From NCBI GenBank assembly GCA_033763315.1, contig JANRKS010000029.1, positions 59,677 through 123,676 on the forward strand: a DNA stretch of 64,000 bases, written 5' to 3'. Of this stretch, positions 55,039 through 64,000 are shown in pieces (the stretch's first letter is position 1; each line of letters starts with the position of its first letter). The translations under genes and the position numbers were made by a program. A model generated the notes under the pieces. That model was given only the letters and a program-made list of their open reading frames with translations, was not told the origin of the DNA and did no database searches. Source of the stretch: Deltaproteobacteria bacterium (GTDB lineage: Bacteria > Myxococcota_A > Polyangia > Fen-1088).

Positions 55039-56325
55039 ATGCCTCACAACCGCCGTTCGTTCCTGCATCATCTGGGCACAAGCTTCCTCGCGCCGCTTGC
55101 CGGACCTTGGCTCTTGCGGCGAAGCGCTTACGCAGCGACGCGGCCCACCAGGCTTGTGGTGTTTTTCACGCCGAATGGCACCAAACACGATGCGTATTGG
55201 CCCACGGGCAGCGGCGCCGCCTTCGACTTTTCGCCTGGATCGATTCTTGAGCCGCTCAAAGACATCAAGAGCCAAGTCCTGATCATGAAGGGCATTCACA
55301 TCAAAACGCAAACGAATCACGAGCCGGGGCAAGCCACGATGCTTACCGGCGTCAAAGGCACTGACGGCGGTCGCACGAACGGGCAATCGATTGATCAATG
55401 GGTATCCGCTCGCATCGGCGCCGCTGACCCGGTTCCCAATCTGGCATTGGGGGCGTTGACGGATGTATGGGGGGCAAATACGCAAACACGGATGCTCTAC
55501 AGCGCCGGCCATAAGATGGTGAATCCGGATCAGAACCCAAGCAACACATACCAACGTTTGTTCGCCGGTCGCACAGGCCAGCCTTCGGCGCAAGTGGATG
55601 CAGCTTTGCGTAGGCGCAGGAGCGTTCTAGACCTTATTAAGGACGATCTTGCTCAGCTCAAAACAGAAGTGGCCGCGCTCGATAAGCAAGAGCAGAGCAA
55701 GCTGCTTGCGCACACAGAGGCGTTGTTTGCGATGGAAAAACGCATGACGGGTGCTGGCACACCTGTTTCATGCACGGGGCCCAGCCCGGTGGCCGCCATG
55801 GACGTCAATGCGCACGACAATTTTCCTGCGGTGGCGCGCGCGCAAATGGACATGATGGTGTTGGCGCTCTCATGCGGCCTCACACACGTGGCCTCGATGC
55901 AGATGGCGCACACAGTGGGCCCTCTGACGATGACGTGGCTTGGGCAAAAGCAAGCTCACCATGAACTTTCGCACCAGAAGAACGCGGACTTCGTAACAGC
56001 CGAGCGATGGTACGCGGGCCAGTTTGCATATCTATGTAAGTCGCTTGCGGCGCTTCCCGATCCGGCAGGGGAGGGCAGCGTGCTCGACAACACGTTGGTC
56101 GTATGGAGCAAGGAGCTTGGCGACGGAAACTTGCACGACGGCGTGAATGTTCCCTGGGTGCTGGCCGGCGCGTCGAAATTCCTCAATACGGGGCGCTATC
56201 TCGACTTTGGCGGTGAGCCGCACAACAAACTTCTGACGTCGATTGCCAACATCATGGGCGCCGATACACCTAGCTACGGGTCCGAGGCGTTTGGAACCGG
56301 CGGCCTAAACGGTCTTCTTCGTTAG
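55039..56325 (+). CDS. DUF1552 (HXXSHH-family) Tat-exported protein
   Basis: MPHNRRSFL Tat motif; FTPNG, SIDQ, RRSVLD, HHELSH, SVLDNT, HNKLL. Confidence 0.92.
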   Translation: MPHNRRSFLHHLGTSFLAPLAGPWLLRRSAYAATRPTRLVVFFTPNGTKHDAYWPTGSGAAFDFSPGSILEPLKDIKSQVLIMKGIHIKTQTNHEPGQATMLTGVKGTDGGRTNGQSIDQWVSARIGAADPVPNLALGALTDVWGANTQTRMLYSAGHKMVNPDQNPSNTYQRLFAGRTGQPSAQVDAALRRRRSVLDLIKDDLAQLKTEVAALDKQEQSKLLAHTEALFAMEKRMTGAGTPVSCTGPSPVAAMDVNAHDNFPAVARAQMDMMVLALSCGLTHVASMQMAHTVGPLTMTWLGQKQAHHELSHQKNADFVTAERWYAGQFAYLCKSLAALPDPAGEGSVLDNTLVVWSKELGDGNLHDGVNVPWVLAGASKFLNTGRYLDFGGEPHNKLLTSIANIMGADTPSYGSEAFGTGGLNGLLR

Positions 56326-56340
56326 AGGCAAAGGATACAC

Positions 56341-58041
56341 ATGAGACACCTCCACCACTTCATTGCAGGTTTGGCGTTTTTGTTCGTCGGCTCAAGTTGC
56401 ACAGGTTCGATCACTTCGTCGTCGCCACTTCGAGAGGTGGATGAACCTGAACCCGCAGCCAGAGGCGACGAACCCACGCCCTCTGACCCAGCCGCCCCCA
56501 ACGAAACGCCGACATGGGAACCGGTGTCATGCAAGGACGACAAGCCGGGTCCGCGGATTTTGCGTCGCCTAACGGGCACGCAATACGACAACACCGTGTT
56601 CGATCTGCTTGGCGTGCAAAGCAAAGCGGGCGCGGAGTTCGTGGCAGCGGAAACCGTCGAAGGGTTCGCAAACAACGCACGGGCTCTAACAGTCGATGGT
56701 CTGCTTGCCGAGCAGATCGACCGCGCCGCCACCAGCCTGGCGCAGGAGGCATCGAAGTCGTTCTCCGCGTTGTCTCCCGCGTGCCCCAGTGAAACGGAAG
56801 CTTGTGCCGATGATTTCATCACGAACTTTGGCAAGCGCGCCTTTCGGCGGCCCTTAACGTCAACAGAAAGGGCTCGCTATATCGCCGCCTATAAGGCTGA
56901 ACGCGCCGCAGGCGGAAGCCACGCCAACGGCATCGAGGTGGTGCTTGGCGCGCTCTTGCAATCACCTGGGTTGATCTATCGCTCTGAACGGGGCACGGCA
57001 CAGGGAGCCACCTTTGCGTTGAATGCTTACGAAATCGCTTCGGAACTTTCCTATCTGTTGACGGATTCCATGCCCGACGCCGCGCTCTTCGCCGCAGCCG
57101 AATCCAATCGGCTTGGCACGTCCGCCGAGATTGAAGCTCAGGCGCGAAGGCTTTTGGGTACGCCGCGTGGCCGCCAGGTGTTGTCTCGCTTTGCGCAGGC
57201 TTGGTTGCAAGTGGACCGTTTGCCCAACGCCCCTAAGGACAAGACGATGTTTCCCGCGTTCGACGAAGCGGTGCGTTTGTCGTTGGCCCAAGGTTTCAAC
57301 GCGTTCGTGGAAGACGTTGCGTTTGGTAACAAGGGCACGTTTGCGAACTTGATGACGGCGCCCTACACCATGCTTGATCGCAACCTCACAAAGGTCTACG
57401 CCGACTCATTCGGTCAGCCATCATCGGCTGCGGGTTTCAGCCGAGCCACACAGAACGTGGCGGGCATCTTGTCGCAACCGGCGGTCATGGCCACCCACGC
57501 AGCGCCTTCCCACACATCGCCCGTGCACCGCGGCCGCATGGTGCGTGAACGAATCTTTTGCCAGCCGGTGCCGCCCCCTCCGCCCAACGTCAACGCATCA
57601 CTTGACGCCGTGGATCCACGTTTGCCACTGCGCCAGCGCCTGGCCGCTCACGTCGCTGATCCTAAGTGCGCTGGCTGTCATCGGTTGCTCGATGATGCAG
57701 GCTTGGCCTTCGAAGGCTTCGACGCCATTGGACGGCGGCGAACAAAAGAAGAAAATGGCAGTCCCGTGGACACCAGCGGTGTTCTGTTCGATCTCAACAA
57801 CCAAGACATCAGCGTGCGCGACGCTGAGGAACTTGCCGACGTTGCAGGGCGCAGCGCTCAAGCGCAAGGGTGCTTCGCGCGCCAGTGGACCACGTATGCC
57901 ACCGGCTTGGGCACCAGCGATGCGGATCAATGTGTGTTGGGCGCGATGCTTTCGGACTTTCCTGGCGGCGACGGAAACCTCGTGGAGCTCATCATCAAGA
58001 CCGTCACAAGCGCTCACTTCCTACGCCGAAGCAGCATTTAA
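56341..58041 (+). CDS. DUF1592-family cytochrome c-like lipoprotein
   Basis: Lipobox-like SSC; LRRLT..QYDNTV.DLLG, RAFRRPL, SYLLTDSMPD, SPVHRG, CAGCH, AFEGFDAIGR. Confidence 0.93.
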   Translation: MRHLHHFIAGLAFLFVGSSCTGSITSSSPLREVDEPEPAARGDEPTPSDPAAPNETPTWEPVSCKDDKPGPRILRRLTGTQYDNTVFDLLGVQSKAGAEFVAAETVEGFANNARALTVDGLLAEQIDRAATSLAQEASKSFSALSPACPSETEACADDFITNFGKRAFRRPLTSTERARYIAAYKAERAAGGSHANGIEVVLGALLQSPGLIYRSERGTAQGATFALNAYEIASELSYLLTDSMPDAALFAAAESNRLGTSAEIEAQARRLLGTPRGRQVLSRFAQAWLQVDRLPNAPKDKTMFPAFDEAVRLSLAQGFNAFVEDVAFGNKGTFANLMTAPYTMLDRNLTKVYADSFGQPSSAAGFSRATQNVAGILSQPAVMATHAAPSHTSPVHRGRMVRERIFCQPVPPPPPNVNASLDAVDPRLPLRQRLAAHVADPKCAGCHRLLDDAGLAFEGFDAIGRRRTKEENGSPVDTSGVLFDLNNQDISVRDAEELADVAGRSAQAQGCFARQWTTYATGLGTSDADQCVLGAMLSDFPGGDGNLVELIIKTVTSAHFLRRSSI

Positions 58042-58045
58042 AGGT

Positions 58046-58975
58046 TCACAACTTTAAACGTCGGACGGATTGCGTTCCGGGATCGGTCCAGAACACAAAT
58101 GTGGATGAAGCCGCCACGTCGAACAGTTTTTGTTCCCCCGCGCCCATGAAGATCCTTCGCTTCGCCGAGGTTCCCAAGGGTTGCCGCCACAATTCCCGTT
58201 CATTCTCGATCCAAAACACGTCGATGCCATTGGTGGCCACGCCGCCCGTGGCGTTGACAGCCGTGGCTATCTTCACAGGGTCCCGACCATCAACGGCACC
58301 TTGATAGATGGCAGACGGCTCAGCCCAATAAAGATTGTCGGCCTCGTGGCCAAGGCCCATCACTCTTTCCAGCCGCGAGTATAGGCGCGTGCCATTCTTC
58401 CAAACCGTCTTGCCATTGGCGTCGCCCTGAAGGTCGGAAACCAGCGGTGTGCTGCCATCCATCGCCGCAAGAAACGCCGCACGCGGCAGGCCGCCACCAA
58501 GCAACCCGCTGGTCGTGCCCACGGCCCGCCACACCGCTCCGGACGTAAACTCACTCCAAAAGACGTATTTGTCTGCAGCGTCCACGTCGAAGGGGTTGTT
58601 GACGTTTTCGGCTGAGGTCAGCACGCGCTGGGCGCCCGCCCCAGCCGCGTCTGCCATCCAGATGGCGGGTGTTTCAGCGTCTACCCAGTACAGCGATTTA
58701 AAGAACGCGATGCCACGCAAGCCTCGCTGGTTGGCGGCGATGATTTCGCCTTTGTCATCATCCTTGGCGTCCGCGAGGACATCGTTTGAGCCGTCACGTG
58801 TTGCCGCGCCGTCCACCGCTTGGCCTGAGGCGCCGCCTTGGGGATTCTCTCCCCCTTGGCCCGCCTCGCCTCCGCTCTGCAAGCCCTCAAGCGACGTGGT
58901 CAATGTACAGGCCGCGACCACACTTAGGGCTGGCAAGCTTCGCAGCAACGCAACGTAAGTCCTCGGCCGGCCCAT
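58046..58975 (-). CDS. Lipoprotein with YWTD-like beta-propeller
   Basis: Lipobox VAAC; repeats LYWVD, VFWSE, LYWAE, VFWIE, VFWTD. Confidence 0.82.
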   Translation of the reverse strand: MGRPRTYVALLRSLPALSVVAACTLTTSLEGLQSGGEAGQGGENPQGGASGQAVDGAATRDGSNDVLADAKDDDKGEIIAANQRGLRGIAFFKSLYWVDAETPAIWMADAAGAGAQRVLTSAENVNNPFDVDAADKYVFWSEFTSGAVWRAVGTTSGLLGGGLPRAAFLAAMDGSTPLVSDLQGDANGKTVWKNGTRLYSRLERVMGLGHEADNLYWAEPSAIYQGAVDGRDPVKIATAVNATGGVATNGIDVFWIENERELWRQPLGTSAKRRIFMGAGEQKLFDVAASSTFVFWTDPGTQSVRRLKL

Positions 58976-59243
58976 GGGATAGGGGCATCGACAGAATGCC
59001 GTTGGGTTTAAACCGTGATGGAAAAGGGCCTAGATGAGGTCCTTGAATTTGACGTGGCCGCCCGGCCGCGCTTTATCCGTAAAGCGGCATGTAGGCCCGA
59101 CCGCATTGGCGTTGCCCCCGTGTTCACATCCTTAAAACCCATGTACTACTGGATTATTGAAACCAAGATCTTCGCCATATCGAGGCCATGCGGCAACCTT
59201 GACTGCGTGAACAGCGCCCCTTAGGGCGCGAAGGAGCCTGCTT

Positions 59244-60446
59244 ATGTTTTTGCTCAATCGACGTTCCCTCCTGTTTTCAACCGCCGGTGCTTTCGTTGCC
59301 GCGAGCCGCGGCCGCCACAGCTTTGCAGGATCGCAGATGGCTGCGGCCTTAAAGCTGGACGATGCAGTGATCATCCGCGCGTTGGATCTGCTTCGCGTTG
59401 ACGGTGAACGTTTTGTACGGGTCACGGCCGCTGATGGATCCGTGGGCTATGCCGTAACAAACCAACATGCGGTGTACCTGCAGGAAATGTTCAGGCAGCG
59501 GGTGGCGCCGGCGTTCGTTGGCAAAGACGCACGCAATGTTGAAGCCCTTCTCGACGATGTCTATTTACGCAACAACAACTATAAATTGGTCGGCGTCCCA
59601 TTTTGGTGCTGTGTCAGTTGGGCTGAGCTTGCGGTGTTGGACCTGCTTGGGCGACGCACACAAAAGCCTGTCGCGGCTTTGTTGGGGGAGGGACAGCCGC
59701 TTAAGACCCATATACCGATGTACCTTTCAAGCACCGACCGCGAATCGACGCCTGAGCAGGAAGTCGCGATGTTTGAAGAAGGCCTGCAAAAAACGGGCGC
59801 CAAAGCGGTGAAGTTTAAGATTGGCGGTCGCATGCGGGCAGAGGCCGACATTGGTCGAACAGAAACTTTGGTCTCGCTTATGCGGAAGCGCTTGGGAGAT
59901 GACATCACGCTTTATGCTGACGCCAATGGATCCTACGACGTCAAGCAGGCCATCGCCGTTGGCAGGCGACTTGAGGCCAACGGAGTCGCTATCTTCGAAG
60001 AGCCTTGCCCTTTTGAGGACTATGCTGCCACACGCCTTGTGACCAAAGCCCTTAAACGCCTGCAAGTGGCTGGAGGCGAGCAAGACACAAGTTGGTATCG
60101 CTTTAACGAGATTGTGAAGAGCCGCGTGGTGGATGTTGTGCAGCCGGACGTCAGTTACAACGGCGGCCTTCTCCGAACCGCTCGGGTGGCCAAGCTCGCC
60201 GCGAGCGCTGGCCTTCGCATGGGGCCTCACTGTCCTCAAGCAAGCACAATGCTTTACACCACGCACCTCGCGGCGTCCGTCGCGAATATGACGCCCTATC
60301 AGGAGTTTCATGTGAGTTTGGTGGATAGGCCACCGTGGTTTGCACCCGGATTGCGGCTGCAGGCCGGCAACCTTTCTGTTTGCACGCAACCGGGGCTCGG
60401 TCTGCAAATGGATCCCGATCGCGTGGCGCGAGCCACCTTGGCGTAA
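59244..60446 (+). CDS. Mandelate racemase/muconate-lactonizing (enolase superfamily) enzyme with Tat signal
   Basis: AAGGAG RBS; NRRSLL; KFKIG (KxK), DANG, FEEP, GGEQ, QPD, PH. Confidence 0.92.
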   Translation: MFLLNRRSLLFSTAGAFVAASRGRHSFAGSQMAAALKLDDAVIIRALDLLRVDGERFVRVTAADGSVGYAVTNQHAVYLQEMFRQRVAPAFVGKDARNVEALLDDVYLRNNNYKLVGVPFWCCVSWAELAVLDLLGRRTQKPVAALLGEGQPLKTHIPMYLSSTDRESTPEQEVAMFEEGLQKTGAKAVKFKIGGRMRAEADIGRTETLVSLMRKRLGDDITLYADANGSYDVKQAIAVGRRLEANGVAIFEEPCPFEDYAATRLVTKALKRLQVAGGEQDTSWYRFNEIVKSRVVDVVQPDVSYNGGLLRTARVAKLAASAGLRMGPHCPQASTMLYTTHLAASVANMTPYQEFHVSLVDRPPWFAPGLRLQAGNLSVCTQPGLGLQMDPDRVARATLA

Positions 60447-60549
60447 CCGACGCGGCTTGGCTTGGGGGCGGGGTCGCATTCTGCGGCCCCTTCGCCGTCC
60501 ATGTGCAGAATTTCTTTCTCCCGAAGGCCGCAGCTGTGTCTAGGTCCTC

Positions 60550-61830
60550 ATGAGCAGACATGTCATTGCCGCAGAGCCCTTGACCTTCGTCGCAATCCTG
60601 GCCGTTGGCCTGGCTGCATGCACTGGCGGCGATGAGCCTGTCGTAGATGCCGGCGACGCCGCGATGTTAGATGGCGCTGGCGCGAACGCCGACGCGAGCA
60701 GCGGCAAAGACAGCCTAGACGGGAATAACCCCGACGCTCTTTCGGGCCTGGACGCTACGACGATGCCGCTTTTGGCAGGCACTTGGCGCGCCGGTCCTTG
60801 TAATGACGCAGCTCCTTGCGTCGTGGCTGGCTTTGATCCGATTGTCGATCTGGGCCCGGGCGTCGAAAGCTGCTTGGCCGACGACAGTGGTGGGCTGATC
60901 ATGATTGGCCGCTTTCATCGGACCAATGGCATTGCAGCGCGAAAGATCGCGCGCTGGAACGGACGGGGTTGGATGCCCCTTGGCGACGGGCTCGAACGCT
61001 TCGGTGAAGCGCTGGCTGTCCACGCTGGGCGGATCTATGCGGCCGGCGCGTTTCGGCGGACAGGCGTCGACGGAACAGCGTTGTCTTACGTGGGACAGTT
61101 CGACGGCGAATCATGGAGCCCCCTTGGTACTGGCTTCGAGGGTGAGGGCGATCGCGAAGGGTACGGCCGTGCGCTTGTGGTGTGGAATGGACAACTCATC
61201 GCTGGCGGAAATTTCGTGCGCGCGGGTGGCAAGCCGGCACAGCACGTGGCGCTGTGGGACGGCAAGGCGTGGCAGCCGCTGGGCGAAGGCATCAATGGCC
61301 CGGTGCACACCTTTGCTGTTCATGAGGGCCGGCTCATCGCCGCCGGCAAGTTTAGCCGCGCAGGTTTGGTGGACGCCGCCAACATCGCGGCCTGGGATGG
61401 CGTGAAGTGGCACGCGCTCGGCACGGGCATTGATGATCAGGCCTTCGGGTTGGCCGTCCATGCAGGCGATCTGTTCGTGACGGGCGACTTCACCCGGGCA
61501 GGAGCGCGCGACGCTCGCCATGTGGCTCGCTGGGATGGCAGCGCGTGGCACGCTTTATCGACAGGACTTAATGGGCCCGATAAGCCTTTCGGGCGCGCAC
61601 TGGTTTCATTCGAAGGCCACCTCATCGTGGGCGGCAACTTCACAGACGCGGGGGGGATCGCCGCACGACGCGTGGCAGCCTGGGATGGCCAACGTTTTTC
61701 GGCCGTTGGAGCAGGCCTCGGCAACTGGATCGAAGGTCTCACCGTTTACAACCGTCGGTTGGTGGCGTGCGGTTGGTTCAATCACGCCGCGGAAGGCGGC
61801 CCACTGGGCTTCGGATTCTTCGACCCGTAA
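60550..61830 (+). CDS. Lipoprotein with beta-propeller repeats (Rax2-like GxF...WDG..W..LG.G)
   Basis: Lipobox LAAC; about 6 repeats (G)G.F..AG......A.WDG..W..LG.G. Confidence 0.85.
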   Translation: MSRHVIAAEPLTFVAILAVGLAACTGGDEPVVDAGDAAMLDGAGANADASSGKDSLDGNNPDALSGLDATTMPLLAGTWRAGPCNDAAPCVVAGFDPIVDLGPGVESCLADDSGGLIMIGRFHRTNGIAARKIARWNGRGWMPLGDGLERFGEALAVHAGRIYAAGAFRRTGVDGTALSYVGQFDGESWSPLGTGFEGEGDREGYGRALVVWNGQLIAGGNFVRAGGKPAQHVALWDGKAWQPLGEGINGPVHTFAVHEGRLIAAGKFSRAGLVDAANIAAWDGVKWHALGTGIDDQAFGLAVHAGDLFVTGDFTRAGARDARHVARWDGSAWHALSTGLNGPDKPFGRALVSFEGHLIVGGNFTDAGGIAARRVAAWDGQRFSAVGAGLGNWIEGLTVYNRRLVACGWFNHAAEGGPLGFGFFDP

Positions 61831-62142
61831 AGCCTGCAACAGTTGCAATGTTCCAACACTCGGCGTGCACTTCGTGACAGCGAACGTCAGCACCTTGCGT
61901 TCGGTGGCGCCGCTCGGCGTGCGTGCAAACACTTCAATTTGCCGCGCGGGACTGGGCGCCATGAACTGCACGATCTGTGGTGAACCCGCGGCACCATCAA
62001 TGCTGAGGGAACTTGTGAGGCGACGACTGCCAATGACTCACCCAACTTCGCGAGCCTCATGCAACGAGCGCTCACGCATTCATGGACGACGGCAGGCTAT
62101 GAGGGGGTTCAGCCACGATGTAGGGCAGCCGATGATTCACCC

Positions 62143-63051
62143 ATGATCCGACAGGTCACGGTAATCGCGGTGTCACTGGCAGTGGCTGCCTGCGGCGGGG
62201 GTGGCAACGACCCCGGAGGCGGCAGCGACGCTGGCTTCGACGTTGGAGCCGGCGGGACCGGAGGCGGCACGCCGACCATTGCCATCGACGTAAACGAGAC
62301 AGCGGTCCCAGTAGCCGCGATGGTCACGCCCGAAAACGGTGGCACCATTCGCAGCGCCTCGGGCCTTCTCGAGCTCATCATTCCCAAGGGCGCGGTCGCC
62401 GAACCCGTGCTGCTTTCGGTGGTGCGTCTGCGAGGTACCGACGTTCCATCAAACGCGATGGGAGGCATCGCGCACACGATCGAACCGAAGCCGGCGTACT
62501 TCAACGCCGTCGCCACAGCGATCTGGACCATACCGGCCGCCACTGCCAAGGCAGCGTTCGGAACCAGCGAGAACCGCTTTGCCTGGCCGTTGCCTATCAT
62601 GGGGTACCAGAAGAGCAACACCATCCAACCTCTGGGCGTGCGCAAAATCGAACGATTCGAGGATGGTGGTTTGCGAGTCACCAGCTACGCGTCATCGCCG
62701 CCTGCCGCGATCTATTTGAGCACCGATCATGCCGTGGTGACCACGATGACCGTGAATCCCACGCAAGGTGAACCGGGCAGCTTTAACTTCACAGTGTCGC
62801 CCACGGCCGGTTCGATGATCACTTGGGTGAGCGGATCGATCAGCAGCACAAGCACAAACAACTGGATCTCGGGCGGCAACGCCGTTGAACCAAATGGTGT
62901 TGGTGGCCTAACCGGATACTTTCGCGGCAGGTGTGGCCAAGGCCGCAACACCGCGGCCATCTCATTCGAGGTCAAGACCAAGATCAAGGTTGGTCTGCAC
63001 GACCTCGAATACAACGCTTGGATGGGTGGGGGGATCGCTTGTCCGATCTAG
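62143..63051 (+). CDS. Lipoprotein with ZU5-like domain
   Basis: Lipobox VAAC, Gly linker; GGTI......L.IPKGAV.EPV...IEP motif. Confidence 0.72.
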   Translation: MIRQVTVIAVSLAVAACGGGGNDPGGGSDAGFDVGAGGTGGGTPTIAIDVNETAVPVAAMVTPENGGTIRSASGLLELIIPKGAVAEPVLLSVVRLRGTDVPSNAMGGIAHTIEPKPAYFNAVATAIWTIPAATAKAAFGTSENRFAWPLPIMGYQKSNTIQPLGVRKIERFEDGGLRVTSYASSPPAAIYLSTDHAVVTTMTVNPTQGEPGSFNFTVSPTAGSMITWVSGSISSTSTNNWISGGNAVEPNGVGGLTGYFRGRCGQGRNTAAISFEVKTKIKVGLHDLEYNAWMGGGIACPI

Positions 63052-63370
63052 TGCCGCGCGTTGCCGCCAAGGAGCGCACGGCGAAATCTTGAGGAGCGTC
63101 GCCTAGGCCTTTCTGCGCCAGCGCTGCACAAGGTCACCGGCAGCCTGAGGCCACGAAGAAAACGCAAACGTGAAACCTGCGTCGAGCTTGCGTTAAGCGC
63201 GCCGATGGTTGGACTCAATGAATCACCTCATCCGAAAACGACGCCTTCGCATAGCAGAAGGTCATTGCGTCCTATATTTGCGAATCGCGCAGGGTTTGGC
63301 TTCATGGTGATAGGATCCATCCGCCACTGCGCACTTGACGAAACCCTGTTTCTGCTCCCTAAGTTAAGGG

Positions 63371-63883
63371 ATGAAAGCGCTGTTCAACGTTGCGGTCGTC
63401 TTTGTGATCTCGCTGTGCGGATGCTCTGATGACGGGGCCAGCCCATCGCCAGATGCCTTCACGTCTGCCCTCGACGATGCGGCGGCCACGGACGCGTCGA
63501 TCGCGGTGACGTTTCAGTCTGGGCGGTGGACGAGTGGTGATGGTTTTGAAGATCCTTTCGAGGCCGAACTGCGATTCGAGGGCGGAAGCCTCAGCGGACG
63601 GGTGTGTGGACCTTCACTCTCGGCCACATCGAACAGCCTCGCCGGATCCAATTGTGGGTCGATCGATGATGCCTGGATCAGGGGCCGAACCGTGCACTTC
63701 AGCTATGTGCTGCCCTACACAGAGTGGGACAAGGTGGCTCGGGCCTTCGGCGTTTTTGGCGTTCTCAACGACGAGGGCACCGAGGTTTCGGCGTCTCTGC
63801 GCATGAACGATGTGCAACAGCCGAAAACATCACATTGGCTTCATTGCCCTAAACCCACACAGTTTTGTGTTCCGCCCCAATAG
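63371..63883 (+). CDS. Small lipoprotein, unknown function
   Basis: MKALFNVAVVFVISLCGC lipobox; TTGACG and TAAGTT upstream. Confidence 0.72.
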   Translation: MKALFNVAVVFVISLCGCSDDGASPSPDAFTSALDDAAATDASIAVTFQSGRWTSGDGFEDPFEAELRFEGGSLSGRVCGPSLSATSNSLAGSNCGSIDDAWIRGRTVHFSYVLPYTEWDKVARAFGVFGVLNDEGTEVSASLRMNDVQQPKTSHWLHCPKPTQFCVPPQ

Positions 63884-64000
63884 CAGCGGACACCGTGGTG
63901 GGCTCTTGCCATGACCTGGCTACAGCCACGTCACGAACACACAAGCTTTTCACGGCGGGGGCCACCAGCCGGAAAAGATCCTCGTGAGCCTTTGCAATCT

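Noticed and set aside
59015-59224. 69-aa ORF in the divergent intergenic region
   Set aside because: No RBS or motif; more likely promoter DNA.
63849-64000. Open minus-strand frame entering from the window end
   Set aside because: Too short to judge and overlaps the 3' end of the 63371-63883 gene.
1-64000. CRISPR arrays, rRNA/tRNA genes, IS elements, integrases, prophage genes
   Set aside because: No regularly spaced repeats, RNA-gene signatures, or transposase/integrase/phage motifs seen by eye.

Overview
GC-rich bacterial chromosomal window whose gene content points to a myxobacterium (Myxococcota/Polyangia-like): eukaryotic-type Ser/Thr kinases, PEGA proteins, an FHA-sigma54 activator, DUF1552/DUF1592 pairs and about 15 predicted lipoproteins. 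About 50 CDS; I found no rRNA, tRNA, CRISPR array or transposase. Main loci: (1) a thioester-bearing alpha-2-macroglobulin; (2) a GT-C glycosyltransferase operon; (3) two kinase/PEGA modules; (4) a five-gene minus-strand cholesterol-oxidase-like (GMC) operon ending in an unusual fusion of a degenerate GMC, the ChoD-associated middle domain, a TM helix and two tandem dirigent/allene-oxide-cyclase-like domains, which is the strongest candidate for an undescribed system; (5) two paralogous DUF1592/DUF1552 cassettes, one downstream of a two-component system with a palindromic site and one behind a readable sigma54 promoter and IHF site, divergent from an FHA-enhancer-binding protein; (6) an accessory-looking stretch (~39.3-51.2 kb) with ArsR/SRPBCC, an SDR plus a doubly frameshifted TetR, an MqsR/MqsA-like toxin-antitoxin pair and HxlR/cupin, each with a visible operator palindrome. 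All family assignments are from motifs recognised by eye, not from database searches.
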